From Azolla caroliniana (Eukaryota; Plantae; Polypodiophyta): DNA of 64,000 nt. The notes below the pieces were generated by a model. The model made no database searches and was not told the origin of the DNA. It saw only the letters and a program-made list of their open reading frames with translations. The translations under genes and the position numbers were made by a program. Positions 25,591 to 38,709 of the stretch are shown here, one piece after another; positions within the stretch are counted from its first letter, which is position 1, and each line of letters opens with the position of its first letter. The stretch is taken from NCBI GenBank assembly GCA_043228905.1, contig JBHGNT010000011.1, forward strand, positions 8,308,001-8,372,000, written 5' to 3'.

Positions 25591-25642
25591 GCACCCAACA
25601 ATACCAGTGTCAATACCAATCTCACTTAACATACAAGGTTAA

Positions 25643-26686
25643 GGTTCAAACACGTTCGCGTTCACAAGTGGAAGGATAAGGAATATTATGTTTGATTTTG
25701 GGGTGTTTTTTGCCATTTCACAAAACACCTTGATACCAGTATCAAATGTTCTCAAAAACTTTATGAAAAAGCTAAAATTTTCACCATTTGGTAAAATTGA
25801 AAAATGCCAAATTTTGGCCAAATACGAAAAGTAACTTTGTGTATTTTAAAGAAGAAATTATAACTAGTAGTATTTTAGATCCTAACAAAATCATTAGCAA
25901 AAGATTTCAAAACAATCAACTTTTTTATTTCATTCGATAAAATATTGTCTAAATTTCTTACATATCGTTTCACAAAAAATACATTTAAGAGTTATTTGCA
26001 TCACTATCATCATTCCTTTCCTAAGAATCACTACTATAGCTAATATACAATTGTAACTCTTCCTCCTCATTTTCAAATGTATCAATCAAATCATTGTCTT
26101 CACTAAATGGTGTCTCCAAATTGTGTGCACTAAATCTTGTTCGCTTTCAATTTGAGATATCTTCTAGTCTTGGTAATATCTTTTTTATTATGTCTATTGT
26201 TCTCGTCCTTAAACATCCAACTTTTGTCAGTGTAAAGTCCTACACAATGATATCCACCTCACTAATGTCAATGATAGATGTATTATAGAAGTTTAATCCA
26301 TCACCACGTCCAAAACTTTACCAATGCAGAATTGGTGCCCTAGCTGATGGCCATCTACATGTGTAGCTGAATTAGTATCCCCACCTTGAGTTCTTGCAAG
26401 TTTCCTTGTCACCTGAGTTATGCTCGTGTTGTCATCCTTAGTTCCACATAAATGTTTCTCTGTTGTAGATGAACCAAACTATCAAGATCAACATTAAGTG
26501 CTTGACGTGGTGATTAAGAACCACGAGAATATTTTATACTCCACGTAAATGGCATTTGCAAGGTTCAATTACCATCAACAAAATTCTTAATGTTTTTTTG
26601 TTAATCAATGAAGCACTTGTTCACCATAAGGTGTCTTGTTGTGCAACATACTTCTTTGTAGTATCGATATGCATCTTTTTCTCTTG
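25643..26686 (-). mobile_element. 3' fragment of a diverged Sola1/DUF7869-like element
   Basis: The minus strand encodes KKYVAQQDT, RNIYV..RMTT, EVDIIV*DFTLTKVG.LR, homologous to 36165-36939. It ends in the shared terminal motif AAACACGTTCGCGTTCACAAGTGGAAG. Confidence 0.7.
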
Positions 26687-28177
26687 TAAAAACAGAGATT
26701 TTAGTACAATTCGAGTTCATGTAAACCCTAAACCTCTCTTATTTGAATAAAAAGATGATTTCTAAACATGAACTCCATACATTATATCGAGTTGATGTAA
26801 AAAACAAAGTTTTGATCACAATTACATACAATGTATCAAATTGATGTTCAAAGTTTTTTTCTTGGATTTAAAAATAAATAAAAATAAAACAATTGAGCTT
26901 GACTTGATGAAAAAACCAAATTTGTCACCACAATTCAATACAATGTATTGAGTTCATGTTTACAGTAATTTTTTCAAAATTTTTCAAAGTTTTTTGATAT
27001 TTGGTTTTTTTTTTATGTTTTTTTTTTGGAAAAAAAACTTTAACCATGAATTCGATACATTGTATTGACGTGTGATGAAAACTCTAGTTTTTTCATCACT
27101 TCAAAAACAATTAAAAAAAAAGACCCAAAATAGATAATAATAAAAATAATAATAAAACTTTAAACATGAACTCAATGCATTTTATCGAGTTCGCATTGAA
27201 AACTCTATTTTTAAACACGAACTCCATACGCTGTATCGAGTTCGTGTTGAAAAACTCAGTTTCTTGACATTAACTCGATACAATGTATCGAGTTTCTGTT
27301 TAAAACATTTAAACAAGAACTCAATACGCCATATCAAATTCATGTTGAAAAGTCAACTTTTCGACACGAACTCGATACAATGTATCGAGTTCGTGTTGAA
27401 AAACAAATTTTTCAAGACCAATTCAATACATTGAATCGAGGTCGTGTCGAAAAGCTGACTTTTTCACATGAATTTGATACAATGTATCGAGTTCATGTTT
27501 AAAGGTTTTATTGGGGGGTTTTAAAAAAAACAATTTTGGTTTTTTTCTATTTAGTTTGGGTCTTTTTGGTTATTTTTTTTAAAAAACAATTGAAATGATG
27601 GAAAAATGAGAGTTTTCATCACAAGTCAATACAATGTATTGAATTCATGTTTAAAGTTTTTTTTCCCAAAAAAATAACTCAAAAAAATCAAAAAATTCAA
27701 AAAAATTCAAAAACAATTCAAACAAATTGAAAAATAATTGAAAAAAATTACTTTAAACATAAACTAGGTACATTTACTGAATTGTGGTGAAAAATCTAGT
27801 TTGTTCATCAAGTCAAGTTCAATTTATTTATTTATTTTTTATTTTATTTTTTTAATTCGAGAAAAAAAACTTTGAACATAAATTTGATACATTGTATGGA
27901 ATTGTGATGAAAAATCTGTTTTTTACATCAACTAAATACAATGTATGGAGTTCATGTTTAGAAATCTTTTTTTTTTCAAATAAAAGAGGTTTAGGGTTTA
28001 CATGAACTCGAATTGTACTAAAATATATGTTTTGACAAGAGTAAAAGATGCATATCGATGTTGTAAAGAATTATGTTGCACAACAAGATACCTTACGATG
28101 AACATGTGCTTTCTTGATTAACAAAAAACCATTAATAATTGTGTTGATGGCAATTGAACCTTGCAAATGCCATTTAC
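26545..28177. repeat. ~1.6-kb inverted repeat (fold-back) with central palindromic units
   Basis: GTAAATGGCATTTGCAAGGTTCAATT at 26545 is mirrored at 28177. Arms are collinear inwards. The core is made of units like ACACGAACTCGATACAATGTATCGAGTTCGTGT. Confidence 0.9.
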
Positions 28178-28669
28178 TTCACAAATTTTGTAGGGGAGCT
28201 CTCCAAATGAAGAAGAGGAGAGCATTGTGGATACCTTGATAAGTATATGATATGTTCAAATTGATATATTAATGTTTACATCTAAGTTTGGCAGATTTGA
28301 CAGTTTATGAATATCATCTACAGTTTAGGAGTTATGGATTTATCAAAATTGTTTATGAATATTGTATAAATTTCTTGAGTTGTGAATTTATGGATGTTAA
28401 TGAGCACTAAATTTATAGATGATGGCATTAAGGATTACAATGTTAGCTCTTATACTTAAAACATTTTCAAGTCTAACAATAGATGTAACTTCCACTTCTG
28501 GAACCTACATCTTCTCAAGATGGTGAAACCATTAATCTTAACTTGTGTGTTAAGTTAACCATTGTGATTTTCGTTAAGTTAACTACATTTCATATTTTCA
28601 AACCATCATTGTTTAAGCATTTATTGAAAAACTATTCAATTTTAAAAATTATCATTTTGAAACCTGTTA

Positions 28670-28810
28670 AATCTCAAAAAATTAACAAATTTTACATGTT
28701 ATTTAAAACATGTGATACTGGTGTATCAAGTTTCTGAAAATCGCCAAAAGGAATGTATAAGTGGAATACGCGATCTTTCCACATGTGAACGCAAACGTGT
28801 TTTCACACTC
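28670..28810 (+). mobile_element. Another Sola-like terminus
   Basis: ...GATACTGGTGTATCAAG...TTCCACATGTGAACGCAAACGTGTTTTCACACTC, similar to 18800-18933. Confidence 0.6.
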
Positions 28811-28849
28811 CTGCCTACTATTACATCGGCGTGATCCTCTACTTCTGTA

Positions 28850-29720
28850 GACTATGCTAGTACTAGCCCACCCAAATATAGAATAAATTCTAGCACTAAA
28901 ACTACAGTACAACTAATTGTAGAATGAAGTGTGTACTATGTTAGTACTAGCTCACCTAAATATAGGATGGATTTTAGTACTACACCAACTGTACACCTAA
29001 AGGTCTCTTGAAGTGTGTACTATGCTCATACTAGCCCACCTAAATATAGAATGGATACTAGTACTAAACCAATTGTACAACTAATTTCAGAATGAAGTGT
29101 GTAGTATGTTAGTACTAAGTACTAGCTCACTTATATATAGGATGGATTCTAGTACTACACCAACTCTACATGTAAAGGTCTCCCGAAATGTGTAGGATGC
29201 GAGTACTAGCCCATCTAAATATAGAATGGATACTAGTACTAAACCAACATTACAACTATTTGTAGAATGAAATGTGTACTATTATAGTACTAGCTCACCT
29301 AAATATGGGATGGATACTAGTGTACTACATCAACTATACACCTAAAGGTCTCCTAAATTTGTCCTAGCCCACCTAAATATAGAATGGATTCTAGTACTAA
29401 ACCAACTGTACAACTAATTCCAAAATGAAGTGTGTACTATGTTAGTACTAGCTCACCTAAATATAGGATGGATTCTAGTACTACACCAATTGTACACGTA
29501 AAGGTCTCCTAAAGTGTGTAATATGCTAGTACTGGCCCATGTAAATATAGAATAGATTGTAGTACTAAACCAATTGTACAACTACTTATTGAATGAAGTG
29601 CATACTATGTTAGTACTCCACCAATTGTATACCTAAAGGTGTCATGAAGTGTGTACTATGCTAGTACTAGCCAACCTAAATATAGAAGGGATTCAGTAAG
29701 AGTAACATGTTTAGTACTAC
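28850..29720. repeat. 84-bp tandem array with alternating A/B monomers (168-bp higher-order unit)
   Basis: TATG(C/T)TAGTACTAGC(C/T)CACCTAAATATAG at 28853, 28937, 29021, 29105 and onward. A monomers end in CAACTAATT...GAATGAAG, B monomers in CACCTAAAGGTCTC. Confidence 0.9.
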
Positions 29721-31069
29721 AACAACTATACACCAACATGTAAATTTAGTTACGATGAATACACAAGAACTAATCGACATAAATATCGATGCAACATATA
29801 GTATATAGAGCGATACCAATACTAAACCATGAATTTTCTATTTTTTGGTATGAATTGTGACCTAAACCAATACTAAAGCAACTATAAAATGGAATCAGAA
29901 AATACTAAAAAAATAATACCAGTATCACATACCAGAAGAGTGAGCTTTGAAACCCATAGCTAAGTACCATTCAGCTCCAACCATATTTTACAATCCATAC
30001 ATGTATTTACTTTCTCAAAGTGGTACTTACCACATAGCATATGATATGTGTGCAAACACAGTATAATGACAACATCCATAGCCTCAAGCTTGAATCCAAG
30101 GGCATAGAATACACACCCACTTGGAGACACAAACTACAACATAATAGCTAAAGGAGAAAACTATAAACCATAGAATGTAAAAGGAGAGATATCCTCACAT
30201 GCATCCTTAGACTTCAAGCCAGTGTTTGTACTGGAGGACTCTCTATAATGTGATGACTAGTGATGAGTAAAGTCTTCCTGGTCAACTTCAATGTCACTTG
30301 AACTTCACATGCAAAAACACATGTGTTTCACCCTTTCTTTGGTGTGTGTCTATTTACTTTCTTTGATGGGGCCTCCACGTTCTTTCCTTTGTGGGTGTCA
30401 TCACTTCATCTTTGACTAGTGCCTTCTTTGTGGGTGTCTTCTTTGTCAATTTTCTAGTTCTCACTCTTCTTCTAAAAAAGCTTCCACAACACAATATTAA
30501 CTCCCTTGCATAGCTATAAACTAGTACTTCACACATCAATATACATAGCAAAATACCATTCCTAAATCACGCAACAAATTACCACACTATAAATATGTCT
30601 AGACAACAATACTAAATCAACAAGAACAAGAAGAGTAACAACAAGAAAACAACTTTTCAACGTAGCAGTACTAAGTCAAGCATCCCCCTTTCCAACAACA
30701 AGAAGAAGAGGCAAAGCAAATTGAATCATATCTCGACCCTCAAATGAACACTACACAAAAACAAAAACACCACCAACAACAACAAGAACATGACATAATA
30801 GTCTAGTCCAAAAATAACAAATCATATACTTGTCATCACAGAATTACTAAATCTTGACTCACAAATGAACACTGAGAAAAAAAAACAATAATTGCAATAA
30901 AAAGAACATGACATAGTAGTCCAGATCAAGAACAACGCACTTCTTGGACATGCCATTTCCAAGCCTCAACAAGTGCAAGATTCATATCTCAGCTCGTGGA
31001 CGAACACTGGAGAAAACAAGAATAACAAGAACAAGAACAATATATAGAACAATAGCAAGAACATCACCA

Positions 31070-31560
31070 AAAATAGTCAACAAGAACATGTTGAGGAACA
31101 TAACATAGCACCCCTTTCCATAGGTGAACATGTACTAGACTCAACCATATACATGTTACAAGACTTTCAAATGAACACATTTGAAAAACAAGACGACAAA
31201 CATACTCAACAAGAACACGTTGAGGAAGATAACATATAAATAACATCATATCATCATAACGCCCCCTTGCCATATGTGAACATGTACAAGACTCAACCAT
31301 ATTTCTGTACAAGACTCTCAAATGAACGTTTTTGAAAAACAAGACAAATGAAGAACAGGGACAACAACAAACATGATCAACAAGAATGTGTTGAGGAAGA
31401 TAATATATAAATAGCATCACATAATCATTGCACCCCGTTACCATAATGAGCATGTACAAGACTCAAGCATATTTCTATACAATACTCTCAAATGAACACA
31501 TTTGAAAAACCAGACATAACAAGAACATTTACAAACAAAATCAACAAGAATATACCTCTT
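31070..31560. repeat. Degenerate 130-170-bp tandem repeat (~3.5 copies)
   Basis: CAACAAGAA...GTTGAGGAA...CATGTAC(A/T)AGACTCAA...CAAATGAAC units starting ~31078, 31207, 31378. Confidence 0.75.
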
Positions 31561-32061
31561 CCCGAATAGTTGAAGCTTCTCAATGAATATTTGGTAGAGT
31601 TACAAGTTATTTGCTAACAACTTGTTGTACATCATGCAGCAAAACCTACAATCGGAGGAGACCTAGATGTTGTGTCGTTTGAAGAGGTTGTTGCATGTTT
31701 GTTGTAGAGGGGTCAAAACAAGGACATCGAGTAGAGATGGTATGAACACAACGAGCAGAGGGGACAGAGTGAGCAAAGAATGTCTGATACACCGTAGAGG
31801 GGTCACAATAATAACAAAGAGCAGAGAATGCATGTTCGTTGCAGATGGCTCACAACAACAACAAAGAGCAAAGAACTCTTGTTCGCTCTGGATGATGTGA
31901 CACAACAAGCACCAACGAGCAGAGATGGTGGGGACAGAGTGAGCATAGAACGCCTTGAGGTTGAAGTAGAGTCAAAGAGAACATAGAACGTGGCAGCCTG
32001 GAGGTGCAGACGGTCTGAAGCGTGACCACAACTTGAACACATGTGAATGCAAGAGAAGCAA

Positions 32062-32096
32062 AGAGAGATCTAAGAGAGAGGGAGATCTGAGAAAGA

Positions 32097-32147
<51 letters not shown>

Positions 32148-32214
32148 AAGAAAGAGATAGGGAGACAAAGAGATTGAGAGAGAGAGAGAGAGAGAGACTC
32201 ACTCACTCACTCAC
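32062..32214. repeat. (GA)n microsatellite plus (CTCA)n
   Basis: Direct inspection. Confidence 0.9.
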
Positions 32215-32510
32215 CTTAAACAATTAAAGACTCTGTATAAGTTTACCTCGACATATGCACCTTCAACCTCAACTGGAATTTATTACACAAGGGACACTAG
32301 GACAGAGACGTAACACTAGAAGGATGTGTGGGTTTATTGTTCTTTTAAATTTTGAACCCATTGAATGTGACTTTTATTTTTTTAATAGGTGATGATAAAT
32401 TTTTTAGTCACGTTTATTGGATTTATTATAAATTCTAGTGTTTATTCTCTTAATCGAAATAGTACTAAAATTTTGGCCAAAAGTTGGTACACTGTAGCTT
32501 GCTTTCACTC

Positions 32511-32946
32511 GGTGAGAACCGAAAGAGAGGACATATTTGTGAATATGCTTTGAGTAAGCCTATTGAGGCTATATTTGTAAATACCCCTAACTTCATATAA
32601 GTATAAATATGACTTAGGGCAATCACTTAGTTAGAAGTGTTCATATTGTTGTATGTGTATAACTGTTGCAAAGAGAGAGAGAGAGAGTGATACAGAGCGA
32701 TACTCTGTTGTAACCACCGCTTGGCGATGAAACAGAGCTCGAGGTCATTGCCTCTGAGTCTTTGATTGTACCCTTTTTTCTTCATAGTGATAGTTGGAAT
32801 CTGTGGGCTCCCGTGGTTTTACCCATTCAGTGTTTTCCACGTAAATATCTTGTGTACTCTCCATTTCCCATTTCTGTGTTTTCCTTCTCATTGAAGTGAT
32901 TCAAGACTTGGTTGTGGCCCGGTAGTATTGCGCGCTATTCCTCTCA
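32511..32946 (+). mobile_element. Truncated solo LTR related to the copia 2 LTR
   Basis: Shares GGACATATT, GGCTATATTTGTAAATA, GACTTAGGGCAA, CTCTGTTGTAACCACCGC and GTTTTCCACGT with 50830-51245. Ends in CA with no PBS following. Confidence 0.75.
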
Positions 32947-33869
32947 AGGGTTTAGGGTTTAGGGCTATTCTAAACTCTAAATCTCAATCATAGTTTCTGT
33001 GAACATGATAGACCTTTATTGTGAATTTAAATTTAGTAAGGGCTATTCAACTTCGATAATTATATATCTTAATAATTTTACAAGGATATGTATCATATTG
33101 GAGGGTAGGTATGGTTTATATTGATTCCATATCCCATATTGTTGAGAATTTTAATACGATAGGTTTGAATTTGGTATCATAAAGGTAATTCCTGTGTTAT
33201 TTTCTATTATTTTAAGCTATTATAGATCATAAAGCCTATTTCAATAAGGGCACTAAATGTTACAAAATGTAGCAAATGCCCCTAAAAATGTGTGAATTGG
33301 ACATAAAATTGGTATCTTTTCATAAATATATATCAATAAGTTCCCCCAAAGACACAATATTCCTTTTTAAAAAGAGGGTTTTATACAAGAACTCGATACG
33401 CTGTATCGAGTTCCAGTTTAAAATTACTGTTTTATATAGGAACTCGATACCCTGTATCGATATCGAGTTCTTAAGTGCTAAAAACATATTTACAAAAAAG
33501 TCTGTACAGCCAGACACTTACCTGGAATCTTGGCGCTCGCTCTTCTTCAAAGACATGACTCTCGTCGTCGATGCTAACGGGGAGATGACGACTTGGTGCT
33601 ACGTGCTCCGGGCTCTATGTGGTCTATGTGCTCATGTGCTCTGTTCTGCACGTGAATGATTGCGAAATGAGGGGGTCTTCCTATTTATAGGGATTGACCA
33701 CTGTGGTTAAAGCAACCACAATTACTTTAACCATGGTTGGTAAGCTTAAGGTTAGTTAGTTAGACCTAAGAGAGAGTTTCTTTGACCTTAGGACACTTTT
33801 TTCTTAGACCTTAGTACACTTTATTTAGTACATTATCTTAAATGTACCAATGCCTCTCTAATGGGTTTT

Positions 33870-36800
33870 AATTAAATGATGCTTATGAATAAATCAATGA
33901 TTAAATACTCAAACTAATAGATTATTTTATATTTTTGATTGGCTTTGAAGTTCATAAATAAAACAATGATAAAGCTTCATGATTTAACCAATGATTAAGA
34001 AGTTCTATATTAGATATGGGTGCCATTAATTAACCAATGATTTTAACTTTAAACAAAACATATATATGGCTTGGTAATGATGGTAAATATATAGAATATG
34101 TATATAAAAATTGAATGTATATAATATATGTATACTGTATACTTAATGTTTAGGAGTACAATATTATTGCCCTAATGATTGGGATAAAACTTGATAGATA
34201 AAGTAAAGTTAATTTAAATGATATATTATACGATTAATAAGGTATAAAATATAATTGATGGAATTTATACTGATTAGTTTAAGTAGTTATTAATATGTTG
34301 AATAAAATTATTATATTAAAAATAATATCTTTCTTTATTGTATTAATATAATATTAAATAATATAGACATTATATTGAGGGAGATTATGTTTAGAGAGGA
34401 GCTTATCATTTTATATATTAGCCCAAGCACATAACTTGAAGAGCTCTGTGTGGACCTTAAGCGATGATTGAAGACTCACCATTCTCGATTGAAGAATATT
34501 GTTTGTCATCAGACTCGTCGTTTTCTACCGAAGAGTATTGTCTGTGGACAGACTCACCATTTTCTATCAAAGAATATTTTCTGTTGACAGACTCACCCAT
34601 TTCTATCGAACAGTCTTGTTTGAGCTCATCTTCACCTAAAACACATGTGAATAATGACACATGTGAAGAGTTCTCTATTGAAGAATATGATATTAATAAA
34701 GATACGGAGAATGGAGGTAGTGCCAATGAAACATCAAAGATCATGGGCGATGGTGACAACAAAGAATTGGATTGTAACAAGGTTACCCCAACTTCTATGT
34801 AGGAAGAGAAATCTGGAAGCCCTATGCATATTAGAAGAATCCCAGGTAGAATTCTTTTGGCTAGATTTAACTTGGTGACATCGGATAAGCAGATTGGATT
34901 TGATGTCAAATAAATATGTTGTGCCCGTGGTTGTATGTCTATGATTGGAATATCAAAGTTGCGAGAATTAAGGCGATAGTATTTTTCGATGACTGGTGAT
35001 GAGCAAGACACTTAGCTCGGGTCACATATGCAACTAGTGTCTGACAAATGTATGGGGATGAAAGTATAATTCAAGTATTATATCTTCCATGCGCAACAGA
35101 TCTGTAGAGTTGCCTTCAAAATTGTGTTATGTGTTAGTAATATGCAGCTACATAGAGTACAATAACGTCTACTTAACGGGGATCAGATGCTCAATTGTAA
35201 AGAGGTTCCAAGTATGAAAGGTGCTATTGGAAGACATGCTATTGGTTGGATGAAAAGTTACTTTCAGTTAAATTGTGAATTAATGTCCACTACAAGTAGG
35301 ATGCACCTCTCTGATAATTACACACATCAGCAAGTTTATGATGACTATCGATCAGATATGGTGGGCTCAAGTAATAAATCTCTCACATATAGCCAATTCA
35401 CAAGATTATGGAGATCTCGGTTTTCAAATGTTATCATTCCGTGTAAAGTACGCATGGGGTATTGCTTCGTTTGTACAAATCTTAAAAGTTTGGCTAAAGG
35501 TGCAAAAACATCAACGGAAAAGGATATGAGTAAGAAGTTACTACAGGAGCATCGTGAGTTTTGATGTCTTGGGGCCAACTGTTCCCCCTGTTCTATACAT
35601 TCAATTGGACAATATTGCTAGAGAGAACAAAAGTTCAACTTTGTTTGGCTATCTAAGTATTTTGGTCAACCAAGGATTGTTTAGAAAAGTGAAAGTCAAT
35701 TTTCTTTTGGTTGGCCACACAGATGATCATATGGAGCAAATGCACATTCTCCACACAGTTGTCTCGGCATGATGCTTTCACATTACCAAAACTATTTGAC
35801 GTCATTTGTGATGCATATACACCACGCCCAAAAGTGTTACACTTGAAGGAGGTATATGACTTTAAGAGATATATATTAGATGGGGGTGTTGGGAATTTTA
35901 AAGTACTCACCCAGTTAAACAATATAAGCTTCAATCACATTTTTATGATAAAGTGGTTCTATGCTTTTGTATGCTAAACAATATTAATCTTCTACAACAT
36001 GGAAACCTAAAGCTGGTTGCTAGTTATTACTTTGTATACCGAGTACAATTGTTCATGGAGCTAAACAAATGCCAATTGAGAAGAAAGGACCGTTACATAG
36101 TGACTTGGTATTGGAACAAAAACAATTATGGCTCCAAGCCTTAAAATAGAAAAGAAAGTATATTGTGGCTGCAAAGAAATATGCCGCACAACAAGACACG
36201 TCATGGTGGGATGTATTTTTTAGTGATCAGAAAGGAATTATAGACAATTGTGTATTTGGTGATAATTGGAATTTGGAAACGCCATTAACATGGTCGCTAC
36301 AACATGATCGTGTAAATAAAACTCTGGAGCAACCATCAAATGCGATTAATGATAGTTTGGTCCATCCACAACAAAGAGACATTTATGTGGGGCCAAGGAT
36401 GACCAAAGATGCTGAAGCTAGATGGCAAGGCAATTTACAAGAGCTTGCGGCAGGGATGTTGATTGCAACGCCTGCTGATGGCCACCAATTTTGGGTTGGT
36501 AAAATTCTAGAAGTGATAATGCATGAAATAGAAAACATGATCAAGTCTATAAAAGCTCATTGGTACAAAACTGGAAGTGCAAACTTTTACGGGTAAGTAT
36601 ACATTGGAGATGATTGAATGCCCAATGATAAAGGGAGGTAGGAAGAGGAAGCAAAACATTCGTAACACCTTGACCCTCGATATCTTTGATGTGGATATCA
36701 TCGTGTATGACTTCATACCTACAAAAGCCGGACGATTAAGGAAGTCAACAATAGATATAATAAAAGAAAAATTACCAAGTCTACAAGGTGGCTCGAGTCG

Positions 36801-37313
36801 AAGGCATACGAAATCTCCTACATATAATCTAGAGTCAAACTATTTCGTTTATGACCAAGATAATGCATTGATTGGTACATCTGAGGATGACGAGGAGGAA
36901 TCGTCATTGTATATTAGTTATAGTAGTGATTCTCCGTAAAGGAGTGATCATGAATGTATTTTTGGCTATTAAGTGTAACTACATTCCGCTTGTAACAAAT
37001 CGAGTAATATAAAAGCTTGTGTTTGGAATTCTTATGATTTCTAAAAAATCGTTTCTTATAAAATAACATTGGTTGTAAAGTTTGTGATATAAATTCAGAA
37101 TGTAACTTTTTGAAATTCCTCTTTATTTATTTATTTATAAATCACGAAAATAGTGGATTTTTAACCTTTTTCATAGTTTATTTGAACACGTATCATACTG
37201 GTATCAATGTGTTTTGTAAAATCATTGAAAAAGTACTAAAATCAATCAAAATATCCTTATCCTTCCCTTTATGCGCGATCCTTCCACTTGTGAATGCGAA
37301 CATGTTTTTACTC
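33870..37313 (+). mobile_element. Sola1/DUF7869-like DNA transposon, copy 2
   Basis: Collinear with 9523-11614 plus 17287-18933; same ...TTTTTACTC terminus. Confidence 0.7.
34464..36939 (+). pseudogene. Sola1/DUF7869-like transposase, copy 2
   Basis: CFVC, VLYIQLDNIARENKS, KVNFLLVGHTDDHMEQM, C-terminal GHQFWVGKILEV...HWY. Stops, frameshifts and an internal deletion at ~35558. Confidence 0.78.
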
Positions 37314-37475
37314 AAGTGAACCATGTACAAGTTAAAATAGTTTGCATAATTTTAAGAAAAAGCACTATCATGAAGTCATCAATCTTGAACATACTCTTAA
37401 AATTACACTGTCGATAAGTTACTCAAAACAAGCATTTTAATTTTTCATTGATTAATCTGTCATCAAATTACATAT

Positions 37476-38480
37476 TTATAACGTCCCATTGCCAATGTCT
37501 TCAGATCCCCTATAAACAACTAAGCTCTTGCTAGTCAATGGAACTTCTCTATATATATGATTTGCATACCGAGCTAAGTACAGAGTCCACAACCATTTAG
37601 TTAGTTGGCAACTCAATGTTTTCACCAAGTAGTGTTCAGGCATTTCACTAGGTAGAATGAGACAGCATCTATGAATGTTGAAGTAATGTTGGAAATGTTC
37701 TGTATCCAGAATCAATGTATTGTTGGCATTATAATCTGGCCATTGAGTGGCCTAAAAATTAGAAAGTCCTTGGAATATTGCAACATCCTTCTGCTCACAA
37801 TTTTCTAGTGTCCACTGACCCTTGAAATGGTGTCACCACTTCGGGAAGAATCTTTGTACACACTTCAACACATTTGTATGTCATTTCACTCGAAATAAAC
37901 AAACCAAAGTATTGCAGAACCCACTCTAGAAATTGCTTTGTGTCCCTCCTTGGTGTCATATATCACACACTCATCAGGAGTTTATCCAGCTCCAAGATCA
38001 AGGCTCTTCTTTCGACTTCTAATGATTTAGGTTTCCATTCCTGTAACTAAGCCTCAATTACACCAATTACTAGTAGCACATGATCAATTTCGATCAACTG
38101 AGGTTTTGTCGGCAAAATTGGTGTCCTTTTCCTCTTCAAACCCCTGATCGAGTGTGTTGGGCCTAGCTTCACATTCTGGTGCTCTTGTATTGTCGACTTA
38201 GTCATTAGCTCGGTGCATGTAGATACTGATCTGGTGGATATCAGCCCACTGGTATCACATGCTGCATCTACCTGCAATATTAGATCATCTGTGCAACATG
38301 CTTGATCAACTTGCGTAACCAGATCATTTGTGTTAGTTGGTACATCTACTTTCAAGATGTGGCCCTCTAAACACGCAGCAACATCAACAGTTTCCATACT
38401 ACCATCGGCCTTAGGAGCAATAGATTCAAACCCTTTAGACTCTGCATCATCAGGAAACACCAACATATTCACACTCAAAA
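37476..38480 (-). pseudogene. FCP1/NIF-like domain relic, copy 2 (longer N-terminal part)
   Basis: Homologous to 19096-19803; ORF pieces 38047-38478 and 37476-37715. Confidence 0.55.
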
Positions 38481-38709
38481 GTAACTAATAGTCTCATAAA
38501 ACAACATAATGAACATGAAATATTTTCCATCATAGAACAACATGAACTTAATTATCTTCGAGAAACATCATAGAGTTCCATTACATAATGTAGATCAAGC
38601 AACAACCAATCTGAGGTTTTACTTGTTCAAATAGATCATAGTAAAACTTCATAAAACCCTGGGAAAATTGCTAACAATCATATCCCACTAATAACTATTT
38701 CACTCCAAT

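Larger units (their letters stand above)
19804..32510. mobile_element. Large (~12.7 kb) Sola2-like DNA transposon or composite of two
   Basis: 27-bp imperfect TIRs GGGTTAAAGCACGCTACGGTGTACCAA / GAGTGAAAGCAAGCTACAGTGTACCAA (4 mismatches), GRG...CYC termini, GGTG on both flanks, internal Sola2-type transposase relic. Confidence 0.65.

Noticed and set aside
27150-27500. Palindromic repeats with short spacers resembling a CRISPR array
   Set aside because: Spacers are only ~10 bp, A/T-rich and related to each other. The units are the core of a fold-back structure.
25643-28810. Single non-autonomous Sola element bounded by two inverted termini
   Set aside because: The termini are quite diverged and no 4-bp TSD is evident; more likely two separate ends.
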